In this document: positions 37,825-50,400 of the stretch, piece by piece
How the letters are laid out: the number at the start of each line of letters is the position of its first letter
Numbering within the stretch: position 1 is the first letter of the stretch
Source: Halocafeteria seosinensis
Lineage: Eukaryota
Length of the DNA stretch: 64,000 nucleotides
Assembly (NCBI GenBank): GCA_001687465.1
Contig: LVLI01000277.1
Location: forward strand, 1-64,000
Reading direction: 5' to 3'
Position numbers and translations under genes: made by a program
The notes under the pieces: model-generated
Seen by the model: the letters and a program-made list of their open reading frames with translations, nothing else
Databases searched by the model: none
Told to the model about the DNA's origin: nothing

Positions 37825-39710
37825 ATGGCGTTTGTCCTAGGAGGCGGTCAGAATCGCCATGGGAATCGCATGGAACGCGATATCGAGCGTCAAAGGCAGC
37901 AGGAAGACCGAGTAAATGAACTCAAGCAGTTCTCTCAAAAGTTTTCACAGCCCATCAATAGGTGCGTTCACGCATGTTTTATTGCTAGTAAAATTTGAGC
38001 CATAGAGTGCGATCTTTATCAATGTTACCTTGTATGCCACTATATGCTGCAGAGACTCTATGGTTGAAGCTCGACGCCGCAAAAATGAAAATCAACAACT
38101 CAGAAAAGAAGAGCAGCTGGAAAAATACCTCTACGAAGTAGGTGGTTGCTAAGCACAGATGAAGGAGTATCGTTAACTTGAAAATTCGATGGGTGAAATC
38201 TCTGCGACAGAAATCGAGAGACCAACGGAACAAAAGCCGGCAAGTCGAACAGAACGAGGCTTTGGCCACCGAAATGGATCGGAGGGACAAAGAAGAGCAA
38301 AGCAAGAAACGAGAGATTCAGAGGATATGCGAAGAAGATCCTGAACTCCGACAACTACAGGAATTGCTTAAGGTACGATCCACGGAGCACGATCGGAGAG
38401 TCGGCGTAGGTTTGCTTACCTTCCTCCTCAACTGCAGCAAGCTTACGCCAATAAAGAGCTCGAGACCCAGAAGGAAGAACGGGAAGCTATGCGAAAGGTA
38501 TGATTTGAGTTAACGCTGGCGACAAATGTTATTAAGTAGTACTGCTGACTCGGAGCACCTATCCTTGCAGAAGGAGGAAGAGGAGAACTCCAAGATGGAT
38601 GAGATAATGGAGAAAGAGCGACAACGTCGCTTGGAGGAAGACAAAAAAGACGAGCAACGTCGAAGAGAGAAGATGCGCCAAGGAGAAGAAGTGATCAAGA
38701 AACAGATAAAAGAACGGGAACTGAAAACAATAGAGGAACAGGAAGAAGCTGCCCGGCGCGAGAAAGAGCAGGTGGACGAAATAGTGAAGAAGATCGAGGC
38801 TGAAGACGAAGAGGCTGAACGGGAACGCCAGCAAAAGAGAGAAGAAGCTCACAACCTCATTCAAAACTTTCAAATCGAAAGGCAGAAATTCTTGCAGAGG
38901 CAAAGAGAACGAGAAAGAGAAGAGGAAAGAGCATTGGCCGAACACGCTGAAGCTCAAGCATCTAGGGAAGAAGCAATCAGGCGTGCTAGGGCCGGAGACC
39001 AGGCTGCCAAAGAAGAGGCTTACCAAAAAATTGTACGAGATGAAGAGCGGCGTCGTCGCCAGCAAGAAGAAGAGGAGAGATTGCGGTGGTTACTCGTTGA
39101 AGAAGAGGACGCCCAAAAGGTTGAGCAGCAGCGGCGTGCTCGGCAAGAGGCACAGGAGCGTAGCAAGCGTGAGATGATGGAAGCGAACGAAGAACAACGG
39201 AAGTACCGTGAACAGATTCGTCAAGAGGAAGCAGAGAAAGAAGCACAGTTAATAGAAGATTTCTTGCGCAAGTGTGAAGAAGATGATCGCCGCGAAGCAG
39301 AAGCAGCTCGCGCCCGTGAACGCTCTCGGCAACAGTTCCGGAAGGAGATTGAAGCTCAACGCGCCCACAAGATTTCTCTTTACCAAAGACAGAAAGAGCA
39401 AGAAATGGAGGCTCAAAAAGAAGCTGATGAACGTGAAGAATTTCGCCGTCGTGTGGTTGCTGAGGCTCGAAGACGGCTCCTCGAGCAGCATGCCGCTCAA
39501 TTACGTGGGCATCTACCAAGGGTACGTGGCATCGTTCAATCTTTCCATTTATTTGTCTTATAGCACACTTTGGTGAGTATGCAGGGTGTTGTTCGCTCGC
39601 AAGAAGACCTTGACATCATCAATCAGGCCGAAAAGTATGCGGCTAGTCAAGGAGCGGCTTCGGATACTGGACACGGTGAAGGCTCTTCAACAGGTGAATA
39701 CTATCGGTAA
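37825..39710 (+). CDS. MNS1: Meiosis-specific nuclear structural protein 1 (axonemal coiled-coil protein), multi-exon
   Basis: ICEEDPELRQLQELLKQAYANKE, long trichohyalin-like coiled coil, C-terminal LLEQHAAQLRGHLPRGVVRSQEDL. Confidence 0.8.
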
Positions 39711-39771
39711 CTTGGTGTTAAGTACCAGTGCAAGTGTTTCATAGGATTCAGAAATGCCTATCTACCTGCCC

Positions 39772-40615
39772 TCACTGTCCTCCTTTTCTCGCCTGAACAC
39801 TTGGCTGGGGGTAACTACCATGTCTAACGTGTAATCGTTTGATCCCGTCGGAACTTCCTCCACGATCTGCTCATCAAATCCAATTCCCTGAGAAAAGTGA
39901 GACCAAAATTGTAAGTACGCACTGGATGATATGTGAATGGGGCTACGCCGAAAACCTTACCACCAGCGTGGGGAACTTTACATCCCTCCCTTTGTATCGT
40001 TGTTCCAAATACTGAAAAAACCGGTCTGTAAAATCACCGTAGAGGTTAATCAACATCTAGAAACAACGTGTAAGTTGCATACATCAAAGTGCACGTACCA
40101 TAATACCCTCGCCCCTGTCCGCACCTCCTACACTGGGCATCAAATGCAACACCGGGGGTAATAACTAAGTCTAGCGGCGGATCAGCATCCAGTGCTTCTC
40201 GCCTGCCTGTTGCGTCATTGAATTCAAGTACTTGCCAGTGATTCCGCTCCATCAAACTAAAATCGTGTGATCCCTCTAGTTTGTACATGTGCATGGTCGT
40301 CTTGTCCATAACTTGGGGCACGTACACATCAATGTTCTTGGCAAAACACGTTTGCAAAATGTCGTGTGTGTCAACTTCTTTCGACGGCATCGACAGAAAC
40401 ACACAAACAGCTTTAACGTTATCCAGGAGCTTCAGATTGTTTGTGATTTGATCTTTGATCTGTGAGGACGGCGTTGCCCTCGTAGAGGCATCATACTTCT
40501 TTAAAGTCTGCCGGATGTTGCGGCGTAGTTCCTTCTTGCTGTTTTGGACAGCTGTTTTCATTGTCCCTTCCTCTCCTCCACTCGTGTTCATTGTGCTAGC
40601 CAAACTTTTTTCCAT
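39772..40615 (-). CDS. MTHFS: 5-formyltetrahydrofolate cyclo-ligase; 2 introns
   Basis: KKELRR, FLSMPSKEVDT, LDLVITPGVAFD..RCGQGRGYY, EQIVEEVP..D..LD. Confidence 0.9.
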
Positions 40616-40813
40616 GCACAGCCTCTTTATACACATCGATCGAAACAATTCACCAGCATTCCTCCTTGGAACATACCCTCACATGTTCTCATGGACTTTG
40701 TGAAGTTGGAGAGACGTCGTCCATCATGACCGTGCATGAGGTGGTTTACTGCACGATTTCAGTGTTATTTGGCTCTCCACAACCGCGTTTAACGAGTCAA
40801 AAGGGTGTGCAAA

Positions 40814-42523
40814 ATGGGCCTTCAGAGTGGAGAAATCCCTCGTGGAAGTATATACTTCACAGTAGGCGCGCTGGCGGGATCTTTGATTATGCGCTTACGA
40901 AAGAACGGGCGCCAGAGGGAAGCAACCGAGGCTAAGGACATAAGTGGGGGTGAAGAGAAGTCGTTCACGTTCCCACCATACGAGAATACTGAGCATTGGA
41001 CGAACCCGGAAAAGCACAAGCGAATTGTTCAAGCCATCCTGGAAGGACAATTTCCGTCGTCTTCGTTAGATACGAAGCGACAGAGCGACGATGAAGAGCG
41101 ATATAAAAGGGAGAGGCTAGAGCAAAAACTGCAGGGCTGTTCACAAGATGAATGGGTGTTCTTTGCCGAAGGTGCAGTGAATGTGATATTTCAATACGTG
41201 GGTCAGGACGAGGAGCTGTACCCTTTTGTCTTGCGGGTGCCAAAACTGGCTACATCGCGCTCCACGGGAAACGATTTTGATCCGACAATTCTCTCCCCCT
41301 ACGAAACTTTCCGGGATTTCATGCAGCGCTCCACGCGCCCTCCAGGATTACCCGATTCAGTCACTGAGGCTGTACGTTCCCACGGACTCTTCCCTCGTGA
41401 CACCCAAGAGTTCCATGAAAACGTTGTGAAACCCCTTGTTCACCGAAATTATACTCCAAGTTTACTGTGTGTCCGGCTTCCGACTGCTCTTCTTAGGACT
41501 CTGTCAAGGAAGCTGGAAAACATTGAAAGGAAAGGAAGGCGGGGAACTATTTATGATGCTGAGGAGGGTTGTTCTCCGGCTCATGGTTACTTGGTGACTG
41601 ATGCGACTAAGACACTGCAACTTTCTCGTAATAGAAAGAATCAGCTCTCTGTTTCCCAAGCCGTTGGATCCGGTATATGCATGGAAATAAAACCGAAATC
41701 GGGCACACTAGCCTCCGGTACAGATGTCATGCGAGGGCGATGCCATCACCCGCTTCAACAGGCTGTTTCCCGCTTTGAAATGCACCAGTACTGGAAGTGG
41801 AGGGAAGGTAAAATACCATCCATGAGTTCCTTTCGGCCGCAGCTCTTGTTCAGCAACCGCAAGCAGGGAATAAAACGGTCGCTTGCAACGCTCTGTGAGA
41901 ATCCACAAAACAATTTGAGGATAGTGGCGCCACCACGTTCCACAGTTGGAGAAGCTTTAACATCTGCTGGGTGTTACCCACAACACTCTTGTGAACAATC
42001 TCTATCGAAGTTCCAAGACACCGTCGCTGATATACTTCTCCAAGAACCCTTGCTCCAGCTCATTATCACTGTTCAACATGAATCAGCTAGTGAGGTTCAA
42101 GCGTTTGAAGCGTTCCGAGAAGTGCTTGACTCCCAACGTGCTGCTACCACAGCGTCTCCAGCGGCAGCGGGCGTCGACTTGCATGACTTGTACACGGATT
42201 CTGTAGCCGTCTCCAAAGGCATCCGTTTGAAGAAATACCAAGGTAAAACGCGGAAGACTTTGAGGTCGTTCCTTGTCGGTAAGTCATTCAAAGACTGCTC
42301 CATCATGTTGTCGCTACAACGCGTTAATACCAGGGATATTAAAGAGAGCGCGCGTAAAAGCATCGGTAACGATTTTGGCTACTTACCAGAGGGAGATGGA
42401 AACTATGGCTGGCTCTATCGGCCACTTCTGATAGACACGGACATGAGGGATATTCATTGCATTCCCTACTATGATTTCATGGAGAAGGAAATCATTCGCC
42501 ACTATCTAGGAGAAGTACATTAG
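40814..42523 (+). CDS. IPK1: Inositol-pentakisphosphate 2-kinase
   Basis: EGAVNVI, LRVPK, EIKPKSG, SRFEMHQ, PQNNLRI, KDCSIML, IDTDMR. Confidence 0.85.
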   Translation: MGLQSGEIPRGSIYFTVGALAGSLIMRLRKNGRQREATEAKDISGGEEKSFTFPPYENTEHWTNPEKHKRIVQAILEGQFPSSSLDTKRQSDDEERYKRERLEQKLQGCSQDEWVFFAEGAVNVIFQYVGQDEELYPFVLRVPKLATSRSTGNDFDPTILSPYETFRDFMQRSTRPPGLPDSVTEAVRSHGLFPRDTQEFHENVVKPLVHRNYTPSLLCVRLPTALLRTLSRKLENIERKGRRGTIYDAEEGCSPAHGYLVTDATKTLQLSRNRKNQLSVSQAVGSGICMEIKPKSGTLASGTDVMRGRCHHPLQQAVSRFEMHQYWKWREGKIPSMSSFRPQLLFSNRKQGIKRSLATLCENPQNNLRIVAPPRSTVGEALTSAGCYPQHSCEQSLSKFQDTVADILLQEPLLQLIITVQHESASEVQAFEAFREVLDSQRAATTASPAAAGVDLHDLYTDSVAVSKGIRLKKYQGKTRKTLRSFLVGKSFKDCSIMLSLQRVNTRDIKESARKSIGNDFGYLPEGDGNYGWLYRPLLIDTDMRDIHCIPYYDFMEKEIIRHYLGEVH

Positions 42524-42549
42524 TATAATTTTAAAATTATTACTCGGGA

Positions 42550-45500
42550 TCATTCTCCCTTAGAGGGAAGAAGCCGCTGAAGGCTGCCTCTTGCCACCTC
42601 CAGTTCCTTTCGCCGTCTCCGTGTATTGGGAGTAGCCACCTCTTTTCTGAAATCGTCATCTTCTCTAAGCAATCGATGGTGCTTTGATGGGCGGAGATTT
42701 TGGTCAATCTTGTCCATGGTCCTACTGCGTAACTTCCGTTCTTCCTGCTGCTGCGCCTCTAGAGCCTCCTGCAGTGTTGAGAATTCTCCTCTAGCTGCTT
42801 GGGCCGCCACCATGGTCGCAGCCTTTTGGTACTGATTGGTTCCAATGAACTCATTATTGGTCATGTCATCGGCAAGTGCTCCTTCTAATACGTCTTCATA
42901 TTCGATGGGTTTATCTTGATCTCGTTGTTCAGCTTCTTTAACTTCGTCTTCGGAATACGGCTGATAATTTTCAAACCCTCGAGTTGACGGCCTCCCCGAC
43001 GTGCTATGTCCCCCTGTCTGTCGCTTGTTGGTATCGGTGCTGGCCATGCTTTTCCGAGTTTTAATAGGACTAAGCACAGGACTTTGTTTAGACTGTTCGG
43101 AGGGTCCGGAAGTGGGCACCGAACTGTTCTTATCGGACTCATTAATGTGTTCCCATAACTGAGAAGACTCTCGTGCCACGGTCAGTTTACTTGCCGTAGC
43201 CCGATGCATCTGTAGATTGTATTCATAATTCCGCTTAGCTTCTGGAGAAACGATCCTGGAAGTGCCTTTCTTAGGTTTGCTGATATATTGCCAAGGTTTG
43301 ATCGGCTGTTTTAATGCGGAACGAAATTTCAAATGCTCCAGGAAACTGGAGCCAACAGGAGCAAGAGTTTGTTGTGCAGTACTCGTTGTGGGGCGCGAAC
43401 GTAAACCGCTCCTATCTAGAGCTTCTTCGAGCTGTTGTATGAGCTTTTCAATTTTTTCTTGCCTCGATGAGTTTTCGTGGTCTAATGTGGCTTGCGCTTG
43501 AGAAAAACTGTTATCTGAGATAATTTGTCTCAAGGCTTCAGCATTTTCCTCTATTTCCTTTAGTGTTGCTTGATCTCCTCGTACCTTGCTGGTGTCCAGC
43601 GTTTCGTACACTGTGGGTGGGATTCTTAATCCGGCAGCAGCTGTCTCTTCCAGCAGTGCACGTAGTCTCTTCTTCGACATTATGCTCAACGTTGGATCCT
43701 TTCCATATTGTGCTTCAAAGCCGACCTCCTTTCGAGTCGTCTCTTCAACAGGGACTTGCATTTTTGGATGCGATGTTTTTCGTATTTTCTTGTCTACAAC
43801 TGCGCTGCTCTCCCGTGTCAGGGACGCCCGTCGGTGATGCGAACGATCCCATGAAAGAGGAGATGCCTTTTCATTCTTCAGTTTCTCTTCTACTCCTGCT
43901 GTAGCCCGTTTACGAACTTCATCAACGTGTTGGGAAGTAGCAAGATCCTTCAATGCTTCTCGCTGCTGATGCGTGCTTCCCCGGCGACGTCCGAATGCGT
44001 GGCTTACTTTATCATCCATTGCCTCTTGTCGATGCTTCCGATCTTTCCTTGCGGATTTTCTAACTTCCGAGGCATGACTTGGGGAAAATATTAGGCTCTG
44101 TGCGTTGCCGAACGACGAAGACCCAAACTTGCCAACACCTGCCACTACATCGCTACTACTGTGCCTTGAACGGGGAGGTTTTCGAAGCGGGGAGAACAGC
44201 GGAGACTCTTCCCGTGTCAATCCCTTTTGGTTTTTTGAATACTGGGGATGATTATGTCGCGTCATCCATCCATTACACTGAGACTCATTCAGTCTTACCC
44301 ATTGCTCTCTAATCGATGCAGGAAGATACTTGAAGAAAGTGTCAGCCGTTATTAACACACATCGAACACTGCCTTTGGCACGAAGCGTCACTGGGGATAA
44401 CGAATCGTCTTTGACAAAGTTAGACCCCACTACACATGGCGGATGAAGCAGGGCTACGGAATCAAACCGTGTTGATCCACCGTCTGTCGTCTTGGAACGT
44501 ATTTTCAGCGAAGATTCTGTCGATTCGTTCGCTTTACGTGGACGCAAAACTTCTATGAACCCTGTCATAGCCACTACTATGTATGCGGGCGGCGCGAGAC
44601 AACGGATGATATCCGCTCCTGTCGGGAATTTCCCTAGCACAGTATGTTTAGCGATGCTCACCTGAACTGGATACTGCAGTTCACCAAAGCCAGGGGTATC
44701 CTTCAGGCTCTTAATTTTGGTCATGAGTGATTTCACCGCGGTATTTGTGTCTCCATCGCAAACAGTTTCAAGGAATATAGCCCGAGGTAGCATCAATAGC
44801 TCTACAGGTCCTTCGGACACGATGTTCACAGGACAGCTGTCACTGCGGACAACAAACTGCTCACCAAATATTTCGCCCGCATGCAACGTCGCGATAATGA
44901 GGTTCTCCTGGTCTCTGACAGAAACCATTCCAGATCGAACGACCGCCATACCTTCACCCTTACTTCCCTGCAATTAAACAACCGGGGTTAAAGTGGCCCA
45001 AGAGAATGAATTCTTGTCAGGACGTACAACATATTGAATTAAGGTGTTGTGTGCGTATCTTCGGACTCGTGCTTCGGCGATAAGTTGTAATTGCGTTTGG
45101 ATAGGAAGCGGTCTGAAGATTGTACTCTGTAGGATCAAAGAACAACGTGCATAGATTAAAAAGTGTAAACGTAACTACTCAGAGTGTGTTACCTTTCTCA
45201 ATATCTGCAAGACTGTTGCGAGCTTCCTCCTCTGTTTCCGTAAGTAGTAGCGCCTCATAGCTCTTCGCAGTAGCGCACAGGCTCTCGCTCGGGGAAAATC
45301 ATGGCGCGGCAACCGCGTCTTTGGTGTCGCGACATCGACGTCGAGCCCCGTAGAATGCCTGACAAAACCATCAACCCCATCCACGTCATCATATTGGCTA
45401 GTAAAGTTCTTTGGGGTCGTTAAGAACGATTCCTCCACGGCTAAATCTGTTGCAGAATTACGGCGTTGGCCACTACTGTCCCCTGTGGCACTCGGCAAGC

Positions 45501-45624
45501 GTTCCGAGTGGCTGGAATGGAGCGCTCGTTTCTGCTGCTGTTCGTGGGTTCCTCGCTTTTCAGTGTCATAGCTAACTTGTAATCCACTGATGTCCGTGAT
45601 CGAAAATCGCCGCGCCGACGCCAT
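42550..45624 (-). CDS. Cyclic-nucleotide-binding domain protein (two cNMP-like domains, long disordered C-terminus); 2 introns
   Basis: QGSKGEGMAVVRSGMVSV..LHAGEIFGE; second degenerate beta-roll (VAMTGFIEV..VTLRAKG). Confidence 0.7.
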
Positions 45625-46300
45625 ATTAAAGGTTGCGCGCACTTCTACGTGAAGTTACCTCCGCAATTCTTCATTGCACCTCTCACTCATACAGTGTACC
45701 GTAAGTGTCCTCCAAAGCGCATTCAAGGATCCCCGTATGCATATCGAATATCTTCCGTAAGGCCGGGTTATGAGTGGAGGGCATCTGTTACATATACGCT
45801 ACGTTCGGGGTCTTAACGTCTTTTTCCTTGGGGTCGTTCCAGAAAGCCCCAGTTACGTAGCTTGAGTATGCCAGAAAATTTGGGATACTGAGTGCAAAAG
45901 ATGATATAATCACTTAAAACCCTCGTAGAGACCCATGCAATCCATCAATTCCTTGACTCAATGGAACTGCATCGGCAACGAGATTTCGTGTTCACAACTT
46001 GGACTCTGAGCAATGCAGTGAGCATCAATCAACAGATCTCAGATACTCAAAGATGGCCAATATTTTCTTTCCTTCGGAGAGTATATTTAACTTTACCAAT
46101 TACCTTTTCTTTAACAATTATCTTGTGTATTGAAGCGTGTAAAATGAAGCGCTTCTCGAGCATGTGTCAACCAACCTTAGCTGGGTGTGTACATAGGGTC
46201 GATGAGCTCTTATAACTGATTCGCCCTACAGCAGAAATAAACAATATACACCCAATGCGAATTCTCCTTTCGACCATAGCTACGCTTAAACCTTAGGTCA

Positions 46301-46876
46301 TTACCGCTCTGACACATGCGAGTTCTGTAACCTGAGCTGATCCTGTGCAAGGAGATCCTTTACATAGCGCGTATTCTTTAATCGATAAGCATATTTTAAG
46401 CTTCCTTTATCATCCTTTATCTTTGAAATAGAAAACTGCAAGGCAATAAGGGGACAGCAATTCCGAAGTATAAAACCAAGCGCCCACCGAACCAAGGCGC
46501 ATACCTGATTACCCAGTCTCATTGGCGCCAGAATACGTTTAAAGTGACGTTTACTCTTAAATGCCTCGCCGTGCTTCTTTACTTCCTTATAGAGTGCGTT
46601 TGGTGTAATATACTCGTTTCCATTGTCCAAAATGGTCTTCCTTATCAGCGTTGAGGGGGTGACTTCCTGATTCCTGGCATATCGTTCATATTTTGTTCTG
46701 TCTGCTTTCTCAGAAGGTGCTAACACTATGCTCCTATATTGAGAGGCCTCTCCAGGAAAGATAGGCTTTGTAGCAGCGTCTGTATCGGCCATTCCCCTGT
46801 ATAAAGCGCTGTGATAGGAGCGACACTGTCCCACCGGGGGAAGGCTCCTCCGCCATGTCCTACACAGTGCCTGCAT
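46301..46876 (-). CDS. Small basic hypothetical protein with mitochondrial-transit-like N-terminus; probable in-frame intron about 46437-46505
   Basis: MQALCRTWRRSL start; GTATGC...TTGCAG intron-like segment within the ORF. Confidence 0.55.
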   Translation of the reverse strand: MQALCRTWRRSLPPVGQCRSYHSALYRGMADTDAATKPIFPGEASQYRSIVLAPSEKADRTKYERYARNQEVTPSTLIRKTILDNGNEYITPNALYKEVKKHGEAFKSKRHFKRILAPMRLGNQVCALVRWALGFILRNCCPLIALQFSISKIKDDKGSLKYAYRLKNTRYVKDLLAQDQLRLQNSHVSER

Positions 46877-47406
46877 GGTGATGATTTCTGCTTTGCAAGC
46901 GCTGTTTGACGAAGTTAATAAGGTGCAAAAAAGTGTCAATACGGGGCAAGAATACATTGGCCTGGAATCATTCAGCCAGGCGAATCAGCCTGAATGATTC
47001 AGGGACTCGGAGACCGTGCAAACAAATGTTCGACTTGAAGTGGAGGCCAAAACTAGGAAAGTTCTGCAGCCATGTATCCACTGTTCTATGGGACTCCATT
47101 GGGGTATACTTGAGTTTGTCGGTGTTGGTATAAATTAATTGGTGTCTAGATCGCGTCCTCGTTTTCCGTGCGTCTTGGATAGATGTGTCTTGGAATTTGA
47201 CAGGCTCACGACGTCCATCAGGCCTTTCTTCAAGACAAATCACATTATACAGGCTCCACGTGTGTCACTATATGCGTTCACTCTGGAGGGGGGCGAACGA
47301 TTGGTTGTTTATTTGCGAAGCTGCATGACTTTGCTTCAACTTCGGAAAGACCCAAGAAAAGTAAGTCACGTGGTTTTTTGAGGGACAACGAGGTTCAACA
47401 TCTGCT

Positions 47407-50400
47407 ATGCACTACCTGTTGTGTCGCCTTGATGCAGTGCTAACCGTAAGCGAAGTAGTGAATCACCTTAAAGAATTTGGGCAATGGATAGGAGAACCGC
47501 CTTTAAGGGAAGTCACGATATGTGCAGTAGTTGCGGTGGTCACTCTTGCTGTTGGAGTCGCCATGTTCCAAGGTACACTATCCTTCGGGAGGACGGATAA
47601 CACTAATTCCGCTGAGAACGAAGATCCGTTTCCCGAATTTTCGAATCAAGGACCTTGGTGGAGGCGACTGATATCCAAGTTCCACAGGCCATGGAGGACT
47701 GTGGAAATGGGACTTGGCTGGGATCGTGGAGATGACGACAGTATATTTGTCGGAGGAGAAATTTTTGTTGATGTGACTGCACCGAATGGCCACACCAGCC
47801 AAGATGAAGTTCAAGTGGTAAGACTTGAGGCAGATGGGGACAATTCTAACTGTACACTTCAAGGGCAAGTACTCACCGTTGTTAGTAGATGGGCATGGTC
47901 CGCTGAGTCAGAAACCCAGCAAAGTTTCAGAACCAGTGCGCTCGACGAAGTTGGAACGTATTTTGTTAGATACGTGGTCTTCCCAGATGGACGGCCAGAC
48001 AATGATATCCCAGTTATTAAAGAAGGAACACGAGAAGCTGGTTATACATTGGAGTCTCTTGGACCAGTGTTAGTTCGTTCGCCTGAACTGGCAATATCGA
48101 AAGCTGCAAGTTTAAGATGGGCGGAATCCGTAGAGGTAGACGTGAAAACACTCTCCAACCATCATGAAGACGATGCTGTGGAACTGGAGTCCTTAGGTCA
48201 TTCCTACACGGAGACTCCTCAGAGGTACGATGGCCCAGTGGGGGAAAGCGTTAGTACTAAGAAGATGCCCTTTCCAGACAAAAAGGAACAACATGGACAA
48301 CACTCTTTCCAAGCAAAGCTGGCTTTTACTGGGAAGGATGCGCCGCAAAGCCCGGGAAATTATCGCTTCCTATATCGTAGCGGTCGTTCAGGAAAGGTAT
48401 GGTCAGCGAGCAAAATCTTTAGAGTACATGGTCCATCTCTTGATGCCGTAGCGCCTGATACGGGAGCTACTTTAACTGCCTCCAATCCACGATGTGACAT
48501 GCCAGAATGTGGTCATGGTGTACTGTCTTGGGGGGCTCCACTGACAGTCACCTGCATCTCAAGTCAACACCATGGGAGCAATGACTCAATCATCCTTCGA
48601 CGAGGTCCCTGTCTCCCAACCCGCAACAGAAACAAACCTCTAATGTATCCAGTCACTCCTCTTGAATGGTTTGCTGGGGGCAAGAATGTAGCAGGTGAGC
48701 TATCCGAAGAAGAAGAAAACGCTTTACTTCAGGCCCGTGATACTGATCAAGAAGTCCAACTGCCTACGGGGAAATCTCACGTTCGTTTTAAATTCGGTAC
48801 TGCTTCGAAGCGCAAGGAAGAAGATGGGTACGCGGTGGTACACAAGCGTGGTGGTGGTTGCAGGCAACCAGGATTTTACTATGTACTTTACGTCTCCTCC
48901 CAGACGCGTCATGAAGAGTCGTGGTTTGGACAGAATCCCCCAAAAAAGATAATGGGATGTATAGGTCCTATTGTTGTAACTGGACCGGAGCTTTATCCCT
49001 GTGGGCATTCCATGTCCACAGTGCCTTCAACTACAAAATCATCTGTAGATGCGATGGTATGCTCATATTACGAAAGCATAATCCCTCAACCCTTTTCCCC
49101 TCTGATGCTGAGACATAACGACGAATCTAATGGTCTAGAAAATCGGCATGTGTGGTGGGGATCAGATATCACTGCGTTTTGTTTATGGTCGAAATTTCGG
49201 CACAGTCGACAAGATAGAATATCCTTGCAGCGGATTGCAGAGCTGCCAGTGAACGAAGTTGGCTCGCTTGTGGGTGGTCAAAGATCCTTAGACCGGAAGG
49301 AGACTTTAGAGTACTGCACCGCGAAATTTTTGGGGAAGACTACCACCGCTGGTTGTGATATTTCGGGATTAGGATTGCGAGACGAGGCTGGGAAGTTATT
49401 GTCACAGGTCACTCCTCTAGAGAAACATGGAGCGCTGACGACTGTGTCTTCTGTAAACTATGCCAGCAACGGCTTCGGTTCTTCTTCATACGACCAAAAA
49501 GTGAAGGCTAGAGTGTTTCCACACATGGAAAGTGCGTCTTCTGCCTCAATTAGCTGTGAAACTTCCGCGATTGTCCCATTTCATCGGGAAAAGGCTCCGT
49601 CGCTGTCGGGCGTCTATAGGTTCGTTTATGAGTTGCATGATCCAGAAGAGCGATGGGATACAATGTATTTCGGAAGTGCTCCATTCCTTGTCCGAGGGCC
49701 CGAAATGAGTTTGGGAGAAACAAAAGATGAGGATGATGATTCGCTCGACGTTTCTGAGGAGGTAGATCTCTCCACATTTTGGGGAGAGGCAGTTCCTGTC
49801 GGAGTACAGGCCTCTCCGTTTAGGAGCCCATCTGTCAAGGATTATATCGCATTGGTACCGGTTATCCGAAGTGGCCCAGAATCCAATCCTTATCGTTCTG
49901 TTGGAAACGTGCAGTTTTCAAATTACGGTACACCCATCAATGTTAATGACAAAGCTTCTTCCTTCCCCGTGGCAGTAAGCGTGCCGGATCCTCCCGGTCG
50001 AACTGACGATGGTGCATCTTGCGCTCTTCAAGTGTTACAAAGGGTGTTTTTTGAAGGTAGCAGGGCTCCACCACGACCTGGCTTATGGCAGCTCGTATAT
50101 TACGCTAGCCCCACCAACGGCTTCACAAATATTCCCCAAAAAATTCTTGACGGTCAAGTGTTGCGGGTCAGAGGGCCGAGTTTACGACTTTCGGTGGTAC
50201 CTCACACATTTTCGCCAACTAAGTCCGAAAGCACGTGGTTCCGATGGGGTAAAAGCGAGGATGAAGTAAATGACGAAGTAGCCAGGAAAGTGGCAGCAGC
50301 ATATGAAGATAGTGCCCCCATAGTATCGGTACCACCAAAAGTGAAAGTATCGTTTAACACTTCTCCCACTCATAATCAAGCCGACTGGATAGCGCTTTGC

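Noticed and set aside
36572..39519. Long antisense ORFs (36572-37120, 38559-39065, 38986-39519)
   Set aside because: Shadows of low-complexity HOP2 and MNS1 coding sequence
35697..39710. HOP2-MNS1 divergent pair as a meiotic gene cluster
   Set aside because: Despite its name, MNS1 is mainly an axonemal protein; adjacency alone is weak evidence
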